A DNA stretch of 64,000 nt, from contig OZ245006.1 of NCBI GenBank assembly GCA_965223545.1, positions 8,001,703 through 8,065,702 of the forward strand, given 5' to 3'. A program made the position numbers and the translations under genes. Positions within the stretch are counted from its first letter, which is position 1; every line of letters starts with the position of its first letter. A model generated the notes under the pieces. That model was given only the letters and a program-made list of their open reading frames with translations. It did no database searches and had not been told where the DNA came from. Below are positions 50,170 through 60,600 of this stretch, one piece after another. The DNA comes from Planctomycetota bacterium (GTDB lineage: Bacteria; Planctomycetota; UBA1135; UBA2386).

Positions 50170-50378
50170 TGACTTAGGAGATATCAAACTCGGATGCCGC
50201 TCTTGCCGGAAACGCTTTGGAGAGTCCGACCCATCCGCCGCCGCGCTGAGACGAGTCCTCGGTGGCAGCGCCGCCGCAGCCGCGGCGCGTCGGGCGCCGG
50301 CTATGACCGGGCTGGCGGCGTGCTACGTTATCGATGCCCCCGCCCGTTGCGCGCCGTGACGGCCGCGCAGTCGCCCCC

Positions 50379-53300
50379 ATGAGCCAACGCCCGAAGTCCA
50401 AGCTCGATCTGTCCCAGAAGAAGCGCGCACTCCTGCAGGCACTTCTCGAGCGGGAGGGTGCCGGTAGCGCGGAGCGGATCCCGCCTCGTGACAGCGGGCC
50501 GGTGGCGCCGCTGTCGTTTGCCCAGGAGCGCGTCTGGTTCCTCGACCAGATGGCGCACGGCACGCCCCTGTTCAACGTGCCCGGTGCGGTGCCGCTGCGC
50601 GGCCCGCTCGACGTGGACACGCTGCGGCGTGCGCTGCAGGAGGTCGCACACCGGCACGAGACGTTGCGGACCACTCTCGACGCTGGCGATGGCGCGCCGG
50701 TCCAGCGCGTGCACGCGCCCGCGGAGATCGCCCTCGACGTGGTGTCGATCGACGCGGCCGACGCGGAGGCGGTGCGCGATTGGCTGCGCGCCGAGATGAG
50801 ACGGCCGTTCGACGTGGTCGGTGGCCCCCTCTGGCGGGCGGTGTTGCTGCGCACCGGCGAGCAGGAGCACGTGTTGTCGGTGTGCATGCACCACTCGATC
50901 TCCGAAGCGGCTGCGTTGGGCGTCCTGTTCGACGAAGTGGCCGCGCTGTACGCCGCCTTCAAGGCAGGGCAGCCGTCGCCGCTGCCCGCGCTGCCGATCC
51001 AGTACGGAGACTACGCCGCGTGGCAGCGGCAGTGGGTACGCGATCGGGTCGTGGGGGCCCAGCTCGACTACTGGAAGGAGCAGCTCGGCGGCACGTTGCC
51101 GCAATTGCAGCTGCCGCTCGACCGGCCGCGGCCGGCGAGCCCCACGTATACCGGTGCGTTTGCGCACCGCCGGCTGTCGTCGAGCCTCACCGACCCACTT
51201 GCCGACTTCGCCAAGGACGCCGGGGCGACTCCATTCATGCTGTACTTGGCGGCGTTCGCCGCCCTGCTGTCGCGCTACGGTGAGCAGGACGACGTGCTGA
51301 TCGGCTCGCCGATCGCGCGGCGCGATCGCGCCGAGCTCGAGGGTTTGATCGGGTTCTTCGTCAACACCATCGTGCTGCGCACCGACCTCGGCGGTGGCCC
51401 GAGCTTCCGCGAGCTGCTGGCGCGGGTGCGCGGCGTGGCGCTGGATGCCTTCTCCCACGCCGACCTGCCGTTCGAGCTGGTCGTCGAGGCGTTGCAGCCC
51501 GGTCGCGCGCAGGGCGCGACGTCGCTGTTTCAAGTGATGTTCGATCTGCCCGCCGAGCCGCGCCCGGCGCTGGCGCTGGCCGACCTTGAGCCGGCGCGCG
51601 TGTTCGAGCCGTGGGATGTTCACAGTGGCACGACCAAGGTCGACCTTGCGCTGTTCCTGTGGAATGTCGAGGACGGCATGGTTGCCGCGGTCGAGTACAA
51701 CACCGACTTGTTCGATCGCGCGACGATCGAGCGCTTCCTGACGCACTACGAGAATCTGCTGGCGGCCGCGCTGGCAGCGCCCGACACCCCGCTCGCGGAG
51801 TTGGAGATCCTGGCGCCCGCCGAGCGCAGGCAGCTGCTGGTGGAGTGGAATCGGACGGCGGTCGAATTCGACCGCGGCGTCAGCGTGCAGCAGCTGGTCG
51901 AGGCGCAGGTGGCGCGCACACCGGATGCGCTGGCGCTGTCCGGCCCGGCCCTGGACGGCGGCGCGTCCACGCTCACGTACTCCGAGTGGAACCGGCGGGC
52001 AAACCAGCTCGCGCATCGATTGATCGAACACGGGGTGGGTCCCGACGTCTTGGTGGCGGTGTGCATGGAGCGCACTCCCGCGCTGGTGGTCGCCCTGCTG
52101 GCGGTGCTCAAGGCGGGGGGTGCGTACGTGCCTCTCGATCCAGGCAATCCGGCCGAGCGGCAGGCGATGATGCTGGAGGACGCCGGCGTCCCGGTACTGC
52201 TGACGCAGAGCAGCGTGCTGCCGGGGCTGCCCGACTGCCGGGCCCGCGTGATCGCGGTGGACCGGGACGCCGCCGAGATCGAGGGCGCTGCAGATCACGA
52301 CCCAGCGTGCCGCACCAACGCCGACCACCTCTCCTACGTGATCTTCACCTCCGGCTCCACCGGCCGGCCGAAGGGAGTGCAGATCCCGCATCGGGGCTTG
52401 GTCAACCTGCTGTCCTGGCACCGGCGGGTGTACGAAGTCACCGCCGCCGACCGTGCCACGCAGTTGGCGGGAACCGCGTTCGATGCGTCGGTCTGGGAGC
52501 TGTGGCCGTACCTGACCGCCGGCGCCAGCATCCACCTCCCGGACGAAGAGACCCGCGCCGGCCCGCGCGATCTGCTGCACTGGCTGGCTGCGGAGAAGAT
52601 CACGCTGACGTTCCTGCCGACGCCGTTGGCGGAGCTGGTGATCGCCGAGCCGCAGCCGCCGGACATGGCGCTGCGGTGCATGCTCACCGGGGGCGACAAG
52701 CTGCACCGGCCGCCGCCGCCGGGCCTGACCTATCAGCTGGTCAACCACTACGGGCCCAGCGAGAGCTCGGTGGTGACGACGTGCGTGCCGATCGACGCCG
52801 CCGAACGTGCGGGCAGTGCACCGCCGATCGGTCGGCCGATCGACAACACGCGCGTCTATCTGCTCGACCGCCACCTGCAACCCGTGCCGATCGGGGTGCC
52901 CGGCGAGCTGATGGTCGCCGGCGACGGGCTCGCCCGCGGCTACCACGGGCGTCCGGACCTGACTGAAGAGCGCTTCTTGCCCGATCCGTTCGCCGCCGAT
53001 CGCGCGGCGCGGATGTACCGCACCGGTGATCTCGCGCGTTACCGGGCCGATGGCCAGATCGAGTTTTTGGGGCGCATCGATCATCAAGTGAAGGTGCGGG
53101 GCTTTCGCATCGAGCTCGGCGAGATCGAGGCGGTGTTGGCGGCACACGACGCGGTGCGCGATGCTCTGGTCGTGGTCCGCGAGGATCGCCCCGGCGAGAA
53201 GCGGTTGGTGGCCTACTTGCGGCCGGCGCCGGAGACGGCGCCTCCGGCGGCCGCGCTGCGTGCCTTCGCCGCCGACCGCCTGCCGGAGTACATGGTGCCG

Positions 53301-53759
53301 GCGGCCTTTGTCTGCCTGGACGCGTTCCCCCTGACGCGCAACGGCAAGGTCGACCGCGACGCGCTGCCGCCGCCGGCCGAGCCGGTCGCCGGCGAGAGCG
53401 CGCCGGTCGCGCCGCCGGGCAACGAGCTCGAGCAGCGGTTGGCCGGCATCTGGGCCGAGCTGCTCGGCACCGCGCGCGTCGGCATCGACGACAACTTCTT
53501 CGAGCTCGGCGGCCACTCGCTGTTGATGGTGCAAGTGCGTAACCGGCTCGAGGCCGAGCTCGGCCGCACGGTGTCCATGGTGCAGCTGTTCAAGCACCCG
53601 ACCGTGCGCGCGCTGGCCGCCGCGCTCAGCGACGCGCCCGTGCAGCCGGTGACCGCGGATGCCGGTGTCGCCGCGGGGCGGCGCGAGGCGCGGCGCGAGG
53701 CCCGCCGCGACGCGCTGCGCGGCCGCCGTGATCGGCGTGCGCGGCGTTCCGACGGCTGA
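50379..53759 (+). CDS. Single-module NRPS (C-A-PCP, no TE)
   Basis: PLSFAQERVWF, HHSISEA, LIGFFVNT, FTSGSTGRPKG, NHYGPSE, YRTGD, NGKVDR, FFELGGHSL. Confidence 0.95.
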   Translation: MSQRPKSKLDLSQKKRALLQALLEREGAGSAERIPPRDSGPVAPLSFAQERVWFLDQMAHGTPLFNVPGAVPLRGPLDVDTLRRALQEVAHRHETLRTTLDAGDGAPVQRVHAPAEIALDVVSIDAADAEAVRDWLRAEMRRPFDVVGGPLWRAVLLRTGEQEHVLSVCMHHSISEAAALGVLFDEVAALYAAFKAGQPSPLPALPIQYGDYAAWQRQWVRDRVVGAQLDYWKEQLGGTLPQLQLPLDRPRPASPTYTGAFAHRRLSSSLTDPLADFAKDAGATPFMLYLAAFAALLSRYGEQDDVLIGSPIARRDRAELEGLIGFFVNTIVLRTDLGGGPSFRELLARVRGVALDAFSHADLPFELVVEALQPGRAQGATSLFQVMFDLPAEPRPALALADLEPARVFEPWDVHSGTTKVDLALFLWNVEDGMVAAVEYNTDLFDRATIERFLTHYENLLAAALAAPDTPLAELEILAPAERRQLLVEWNRTAVEFDRGVSVQQLVEAQVARTPDALALSGPALDGGASTLTYSEWNRRANQLAHRLIEHGVGPDVLVAVCMERTPALVVALLAVLKAGGAYVPLDPGNPAERQAMMLEDAGVPVLLTQSSVLPGLPDCRARVIAVDRDAAEIEGAADHDPACRTNADHLSYVIFTSGSTGRPKGVQIPHRGLVNLLSWHRRVYEVTAADRATQLAGTAFDASVWELWPYLTAGASIHLPDEETRAGPRDLLHWLAAEKITLTFLPTPLAELVIAEPQPPDMALRCMLTGGDKLHRPPPPGLTYQLVNHYGPSESSVVTTCVPIDAAERAGSAPPIGRPIDNTRVYLLDRHLQPVPIGVPGELMVAGDGLARGYHGRPDLTEERFLPDPFAADRAARMYRTGDLARYRADGQIEFLGRIDHQVKVRGFRIELGEIEAVLAAHDAVRDALVVVREDRPGEKRLVAYLRPAPETAPPAAALRAFAADRLPEYMVPAAFVCLDAFPLTRNGKVDRDALPPPAEPVAGESAPVAPPGNELEQRLAGIWAELLGTARVGIDDNFFELGGHSLLMVQVRNRLEAELGRTVSMVQLFKHPTVRALAAALSDAPVQPVTADAGVAAGRREARREARRDALRGRRDRRARRSDG

Positions 53760-53971
53760 TGCGCCGCGGCGGCCAGGCGGCGCCCTGCGGCCATCGGCTT
53801 GCCTTCTGCCGCGTGGACTCCTAGCGTGCCGGCACACGATTGCCGCAGGCATTCGCCGGTGGCTGTCCGCCCGAGCGATCGAACCGGGGGGCCAGCGTCG
53901 GGTGGCTGTAGCCCTGTGTCCCTCGAACCGGGGCCAGGCCGACCCGAATCCACCCATCAAGCGAGCCGCGC

Positions 53972-54460
53972 ATGCAGATCGATGCCGTCCAGGTCGACTC
54001 CGTCGTCACCATTCACTACACGCTGACCGTCGAGGGACAGGTGGTCGACCGCTCCCAAGAGGAGCCGCTGTCGTACTTGCACGGTCACGGCAATCTGGTG
54101 CCCGGGCTGGAGGAAACGCTGACCGGCAAGGCCGCCGGTGCTCGCTTCGAGGTCAGCGTGCCGCCGGAGAAGGCATACGGCGAACGCGACCCCGAAGGGA
54201 TCCAGCAGGTCGGCCGCGACCAGTTTCCCGCGGACCTGGATCTACAGCCCGGCACCACCCTGCGCGGTGAGCTCGGCAACGGCGAACCGGTCGTGCTGCG
54301 CGTCACCGAGATCGACGGCGATCAGATCACGGTGGACCTGAATCACCCCCTCGCCGGCTGCACCCTCGAATTCGCCATCGAGGTAGTCTCCATCCGGGCA
54401 GCAACCCAAGAAGAGCTCAACCACGGCCACGCCCACGGTCCGGGTGGCCACGCCCACTGA
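53972..54460 (+). CDS. slyD: FKBP-type peptidyl-prolyl isomerase
   Basis: PLSYLHGHGNLVPGLE, PEKAYGE, VDLNHPLAG, HGHAHGPGGHAH tail. Confidence 0.95.
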   Translation: MQIDAVQVDSVVTIHYTLTVEGQVVDRSQEEPLSYLHGHGNLVPGLEETLTGKAAGARFEVSVPPEKAYGERDPEGIQQVGRDQFPADLDLQPGTTLRGELGNGEPVVLRVTEIDGDQITVDLNHPLAGCTLEFAIEVVSIRAATQEELNHGHAHGPGGHAH

Positions 54461-54548
54461 GACACCCGTGGCCCGCCCACGACCAACACCGATGGTGACG
54501 AAGCAGCGGGCGACGGTCCCCGGCTCGTGATGCATGGGTGTGCGGCCT

Positions 54549-54697
54549 GGGCTGAAGGTCGCGGAATCAAGATCGCGCATGTCGTCGCGGAGTGGTGCGC
54601 ACTCGCCTCAGCTCCGTCACCGTCGGCGGCGGTCGCACCCCGTGCCTCGTCTTGGACCGCTGTCGGCGGTGATGTTGCTGAGGCGAGCCTTCAGCTC
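54549..54697 (+). repeat. Branched, strand-specific hairpin upstream of the Y1 transposase
   Basis: GCTGAAGG/CCTTCAGC, CTCGCCTCAGC/GCTGAGGCGAG and a 20-bp stem 54615-54634/54655-54674 with four G-T pairs. Confidence 0.8.
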
Positions 54698-54809
54698 TGG
54701 AGCTGGAGGTGGTATGAGCCGGTTTGCGTGCAATTCGCCGGCCGCTTTCGCAGATTCTTTGTCGGATTCTTGCATGTTGACTCCCTTTTTAGTAAGGTCG
54801 CTAATTCAA

Positions 54810-55508
54810 ATGACGAGCAAGGCAGTTCGATCGCGGCGCGGGGGACGGCGCCGTGGGGTGGTGCAAAGTGAGCTTCCGTTTCGGCAGTGGGGTGGGGCTC
54901 GGGAAGGGGCTGGTCGGCCCAAAGTGAGTGACGAGACGGTGCCGCACTTGGCGCGGGGGGCGTTGGTGGCGCGGTATCCGTTGCACTTGACGGTGCGGTT
55001 GTGTCAGGGGTTGCCCGGTCTGCGCAATGCGCGGACGTACTGGATGTTGGTGGAGCGGATCCGGGCGGGGTGTGGGCGGTTCGGGTTTCGGTTGGTGGAG
55101 TTCTCGGTGCAGCGCGATCACTTGCACTTCTTGGTCGAGGCGAAGGATCGGGAGGCGTTGACGCGGGGGATGACCGGGCTGTTGGTGCGGATGGCGCGGG
55201 GGTTGAACAAGCTGTGGGGGCGCTCGGGGCGGGTGTTTGCCGAGCGGTTTCACGAGCGCGTGCTGCGTTCGCCGACGGAGGTGCGGCGGGCGTTGGTGTA
55301 TGTGCTGCAGAATGCTTGGCACCACCGGCAGCGGCCGCGGCAACTGATCGACGTCTACTCGTCGGGGCCTTGGTTCGACGGGTGGCGCGAGGTGGTGGAG
55401 CTGTCGGAGCCGGTGGTGCGGCCGACGGTGCGGGCGCGGACTTGGCTGCTGAAGGGCGGGTGGCGGCGGTCGCGGGGGAGGTTGGATTTCCGCGAGCGGC
55501 CGGCGTAG
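54810..55508 (+). CDS. HUH (Y1) transposase, REP-associated (RAYT)/IS200-like
   Basis: PLHLTVR, FSVQRDHLHFLVEA (HUH), RFHERVLRSPTEVRRALVYVLQN (catalytic Tyr). Confidence 0.88.
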   Translation: MTSKAVRSRRGGRRRGVVQSELPFRQWGGAREGAGRPKVSDETVPHLARGALVARYPLHLTVRLCQGLPGLRNARTYWMLVERIRAGCGRFGFRLVEFSVQRDHLHFLVEAKDREALTRGMTGLLVRMARGLNKLWGRSGRVFAERFHERVLRSPTEVRRALVYVLQNAWHHRQRPRQLIDVYSSGPWFDGWREVVELSEPVVRPTVRARTWLLKGGWRRSRGRLDFRERPA

Positions 55509-55717
55509 CAGCGCAAATCGGGGCCGCCCCGCGCCTGCATGGAATTCCGTGGGGCGCAAATGGGTCTCGGGAAGCGGCTTGGTTGACTGCCCTCGAGCAG
55601 GGGGCGGCCGGTGCGTCGCTTTGCGCGCAGGGGGCCGCGGCGTTCGCCGAAAGCTGTCGTCGTCGCGGCGCGCTTCTTCGAGGGCTCGTGACGCCGACTC
55701 AGGCAGTCCGCTGCGCT

Positions 55718-55794
55718 TGGTACCCCCGCTAGGACTCGAACCTAGGACCCGCGGATTAAGAATCCGCTGCTCTAACCAACTGAGCTACGGAGGC
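55718..55794 (-). tRNA. tRNA-Lys(CTT)
   Basis: GCCTCCG..AGCTCAGTTGG..GCGGA-TTCTTAA-TCCGC..GGTTCGAGTCC..CGGGGGT-ACCA. Confidence 0.97.
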
Positions 55795-55950
55795 CGATTG
55801 CGGGCGGCAACGTAGCTAGGCGTCGACCGTCGATCAAGGCTCTTGTCGGCAACGTCGGCGCCGCAGTTCGCACGGTGATTCGGACATTCTCGCGCGTCCG
55901 GCGATTGACCGCGCAACGCGCAGCCGGCACACTTCCGGGCCGCTTTGCGT

Positions 55951-56028
55951 GGTGGCTGTAGCTCAGTCGGTTAGAGCACCAGGTTGTGGTCCTGGGGGTC
56001 GCCGGTTCGAATCCGGTCAGCCACCCCA
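55951..56028 (+). tRNA. tRNA-His(GTG)
   Basis: G-1 with 8-bp acceptor GGTGGCTG/CAGCCACC, CCAGG-TTGTGGT-CCTGG, GGTTCGAATCC, CCA. Confidence 0.97.
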
Positions 56029-56108
56029 TCTGTCCGTGCGCAGGTTGCCGGGTCCGCGCGCCGTGCGGCGGCGGGCGGACCGAGCTCGGCGGGTGTGAAG
56101 ACACTCCG

Positions 56109-56648
56109 ATGCACGCCGAGGACGCCGATCACCCCGACTGGAGCCCGCCCGATGGCGGCGCGGGCTTCGAGCCGCCGATGCACCGGCTCGAAGGGCGGAC
56201 AGTGCCGTACTGGGTGCTGGGCAACGCCATCACCACCGTGGTTCTCGGCGGGGCGATGGCCGCGGGGGTGCTCTACCTGCGCGAACACGATCCGGAGCAC
56301 GCCTGGTGGTACACCGCGGCGGCTGCGGGTCTCGGCGGTTTCATGCTGTTGCTCACCTTCGTCCAGCCGCCGCTCGCGTACTGGACGTGGCGCTACGGGA
56401 TGGACGGCGAGCTGCTGGTGATGCGCTACGGCATCCTGTTCCGCGAGGAGAAGACGATCCCGATCTCGCGCATGCAGCACATCGACCTGCGGCGCGGGCC
56501 GATCGAGCGGCTGTTCGGGTTGGCGACGTTGGTGGTGTTCACCGCGGGCACCGAAGGCGCGACCTTTCGGGTGCCGGGGCTGACCGTCGCCACGGCGCGC
56601 GCGATGCGAGACCGCGTGTTGGCGGCGCGGGGTGATGACGTCATCTGA
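56109..56648 (+). CDS. YdbS-like bacterial PH-domain membrane protein
   Basis: Two TMs, YWTWRY, IPISRMQHIDLRRGPIERLFGLATLVVFTAG. Confidence 0.9.
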   Translation: MHAEDADHPDWSPPDGGAGFEPPMHRLEGRTVPYWVLGNAITTVVLGGAMAAGVLYLREHDPEHAWWYTAAAAGLGGFMLLLTFVQPPLAYWTWRYGMDGELLVMRYGILFREEKTIPISRMQHIDLRRGPIERLFGLATLVVFTAGTEGATFRVPGLTVATARAMRDRVLAARGDDVI

Positions 56649-58149
56649 GTCGCTGCCCGAAGACGAGGCGAAGCCGGCGCCGGCGCAGGTGGTGGCCGCG
56701 GGGCACCTGCACCCCGGCATGCTGTTCTTGCGCTTTCTCGACGGTCTGCGCCAATCGCTGCTGCCCCTGCTGATCGCGGTGCTCAGCCAGCAGCCGTGGC
56801 TGTTGGTCGCGGTCGGCATGTACTTCGTGCTCGGCATGGCGTACGCGCTGGCGCGCTTCGTCACCTTCGAGTACCGGCTGACGACGGAGGAGCTGATCAC
56901 CACCGAAGGCATCCTGCACCGGCAGGAGCGGCGGATTCCGATCAATCGGATCCAGGACGTCAGCTTCGAGTCCACTCTGGTGCGGCGCATGTGCGGGCTG
57001 GTCGTCGTCGCCATCGAGACCGCGTCGAGCCAGGGCTCCGAGGCGCGGTTGGATTCGCTGTCGCGGACCGCCGCCGAGCGGTTGCGCAACGCGCTCTACG
57101 AGCTCCGTCATCTGCAACCGGGGGCCTCCGCCGCAGACGTTCCGCCACCGCCGCAGGAGTTGCTCCTGCTGCGCTCGACGCCGGGGGATCTGTTCTTGTT
57201 GGGCCTCACCGACAATCGCATCGGCGTGATCCTCGCCAGCCTGTTCGGCGCCTACGAGGTGGCCTACGAGTTCGGTCTCGCCGATCGGGTCGGCGGAGTG
57301 TTCGGCGCGTTCGCCGCGTGGTTGAGTGAAGTCCACTGGGCGCTCCTGGTCGGCGTGCTGGCCGCGGTGTTCTTCGTCATTCTGCTCGGCGGCTGGTTGG
57401 CGTCGATCGGCGCCTCGTTCCTGATGTTTTGGAACTTCCACCTGACCCTGCGCGACGATGTCCTGACCCGTCGCTACGGCCTGTTCACGACGCGGGCTGC
57501 GTCGCTGCCGCGGCGTCGGGTGCAGCGCGTCACCGTCGAGCAGAGCTTCTTGCGCCGGCTATTCGGCCTGGCGGTGTTGCGGGCGGATTCGGCCGGTTCG
57601 GGCATGGACCCCGGCCAGGAGGCGCGCGGGGGGCGTGACGTCGTCGTGCCGCTGAGCGACCGGCAGCGGATCGAGCCGCTCGTCCCGGTGCTGCTGCCGG
57701 GAGTCGAGCTCTGGCGGCTTCGGTTTCGCCGCGTCTCGCGCAAGGTCGTCCTGCGCATCACCGCCAAGGGGGGGCTGTTTGCGGCGATCCTCGCCGGCAT
57801 GCTCTGGCCGGCGGTGCACGCCTACGCGTTGTTGGTGCTGTTGCTGGTCCCCGTCGCGTGGGGGATCGGGGTGCTGTCCTTCCACAATCTGGGCTACACC
57901 GAGCCCGACGGCCATCTCGCCCTGCGTTGGGGGATCCTGGGCCGCTATCGCGCGCTCGTGCCCCTGCGCAAGGTGCAGGGGTTGGTGACGCGCGCCACAC
58001 CGGTCGACCGCCTGCTCGGCCTGCGCAGCCTGACCGTCTACGTGGCGGGTGGCTCGCCGACCCACCTGCCCAATCTGCCCCGCGACGAGGCGATGGCGTT
58101 GCGGACCCGGTTGGCCAAGGGCGCGGCGGCGGCGCGCTTCGAGTGGTGA
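56632..58149 (+). CDS. YdbT-like bacterial PH-domain membrane protein
   Basis: Three bPH_2-like repeats (IPINRIQDV, LPRRRVQRV, VPLRKVQG) with TMs. Confidence 0.9.
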   Translation: MMTSSESLPEDEAKPAPAQVVAAGHLHPGMLFLRFLDGLRQSLLPLLIAVLSQQPWLLVAVGMYFVLGMAYALARFVTFEYRLTTEELITTEGILHRQERRIPINRIQDVSFESTLVRRMCGLVVVAIETASSQGSEARLDSLSRTAAERLRNALYELRHLQPGASAADVPPPPQELLLLRSTPGDLFLLGLTDNRIGVILASLFGAYEVAYEFGLADRVGGVFGAFAAWLSEVHWALLVGVLAAVFFVILLGGWLASIGASFLMFWNFHLTLRDDVLTRRYGLFTTRAASLPRRRVQRVTVEQSFLRRLFGLAVLRADSAGSGMDPGQEARGGRDVVVPLSDRQRIEPLVPVLLPGVELWRLRFRRVSRKVVLRITAKGGLFAAILAGMLWPAVHAYALLVLLLVPVAWGIGVLSFHNLGYTEPDGHLALRWGILGRYRALVPLRKVQGLVTRATPVDRLLGLRSLTVYVAGGSPTHLPNLPRDEAMALRTRLAKGAAAARFEW

Positions 58150-58216
58150 GAACGCCGTAGAAAGTCCTTCGAATATCCCGAGGGCGATGGCGGTAGTGCA
58201 GCCCGACGACACCACC

Positions 58217-59107
58217 ATGCAAACCTCCATCGCCATCGCCACCGCCGCCATCGCCGCCGGCGGAGTCGCCTTCGCCGTCAGCAGCTGGTCCGCATCCACC
58301 GCGGAGGACACGCCCGCTCTGCTCGCGGGCGTCCACTCCAGTCTGCAGGAGATCCGCGCGCAGCAGGACGTGACCGGTGAGCAGCTGCGCGATTTGGCCG
58401 AACGCGTCGACGACCTGGAAGGCGCTGCCGGCGGCGGTTCTGCGCGGGCGGTGCCGGCGGCCGCATCGACCGCGGCGATCGCCCAGATCGTCCGGGAGCA
58501 GCTGGCGGCGTTGGGCGCGTCTCCGCCGGCCGGCGGGGATCCGACCGGCGCGGGCGCGGACCTCGCCACCGAGCTCTTCGATGCGCTGAGCGCGGATCCC
58601 TCCGGCCGCGAGGCGCAGGGACTGTGGAAGCGCGCCGCCGATGCCGGCTTGGTCGACGACTTGGTGCGCCGCTTCGAGGAGCGTGCCGAGGGCATGCCGC
58701 AGCATCCTCAGGCGCAGGTCGATCTCGGTGCGGCCTATCTGCAGAAGCTGTTCGTCGCCGGCACTTCGGGACCCGAGGCGGGCACCTGGGCGAACCGGGC
58801 CGACGGCGCTTTCGACCGCGCCCTGGAGCTGGAGCCGACCCATTGGCAGGCCCGCTTCAGCAAGGCCACGGCCCTGTCCTTCTGGCCACCGATCTTCGGC
58901 AAGGGGCCGGAAGCAGCACGCCAGTTCGAGACCTTGATCGAGCAGCAGCAGGCCTCGGGTGTGCGCGAGCCGCGCCACGCGCAGACCTATCTCTTCCTCG
59001 GCAACCTGTACGACCAACAGGGCGAGAAGGAACGCGCCCTCGAGACCTGGCGCCAGGGCTTCGCGCTGCATCCCGAGAGCGCAGCGCTGCGGGCGAAGAT
59101 CGAGTGA
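58217..59107 (+). CDS. Exported coiled-coil/TPR protein
   Basis: N-terminal hydrophobic anchor; FDRALELEPTHWQARF, YLFLGNLYDQQGEKERALETW. Confidence 0.8.
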   Translation: MQTSIAIATAAIAAGGVAFAVSSWSASTAEDTPALLAGVHSSLQEIRAQQDVTGEQLRDLAERVDDLEGAAGGGSARAVPAAASTAAIAQIVREQLAALGASPPAGGDPTGAGADLATELFDALSADPSGREAQGLWKRAADAGLVDDLVRRFEERAEGMPQHPQAQVDLGAAYLQKLFVAGTSGPEAGTWANRADGAFDRALELEPTHWQARFSKATALSFWPPIFGKGPEAARQFETLIEQQQASGVREPRHAQTYLFLGNLYDQQGEKERALETWRQGFALHPESAALRAKIE

Positions 59108-59128
59108 CCGCTCGAGCGGACGGTCGGC

Positions 59129-60499
<1,371 letters not shown>

Positions 60500-60600
60500 G
60501 GCGGCACGATTGAAGCAGCTCGGGGCGGCAGATTTCAGTGCCTGGCGAAGTTCGCTGTTCGGGCTTCACAAACCCCCACGGGTGTTCGACGATCGGGGGC

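Larger units (their letters stand above)
48245..50184 (+). mobile_element. IS110-family insertion sequence, copy 2 (1940 bp)
   Basis: GGTATGTG...TTAGGAGATAT between GGCCGCAAC and CAAACTCGG; no terminal IRs or TSD. Confidence 0.95.
48133..50250. repeat. Second locus of the REP/BIME-like repeat, interrupted by IS110 copy 2
   Basis: 48133-48223 closely matches 12198-12289; 48220-48244 plus 50185-50250 matches the reverse complement of 12113-12203. Confidence 0.88.

Noticed and set aside
10044..50184. Composite transposon or IS-mediated inversion of the 36-kb segment between the inverted IS copies
   Set aside because: Each copy keeps matching left and right halves of one repeat subtype (copy 2 like unit 12113-12203, copy 1 closer to 12311-12402), and the interval holds housekeeping genes; independent insertions fit better
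48245..50184. IS1111-type sub-terminal inverted repeats
   Set aside because: Only TAT.T.......CATG matches between ends, and the long non-coding region is upstream, as in IS110-group elements
50164..50200. Hybrid IS-flank promoter driving the NRPS gene
   Set aside because: No plausible -10 at 16-18 bp from TTGACA in the flank
53858..53933. tRNA-His-derived att site
   Set aside because: Matching blocks are short and spaced differently from the tRNA; no integrase nearby
50328..53960. Long antisense ORFs (also 3712-5847, 15434-18100, 45718-48027 and others)
   Set aside because: Shadow frames of well-supported genes in high-GC DNA, without motifs
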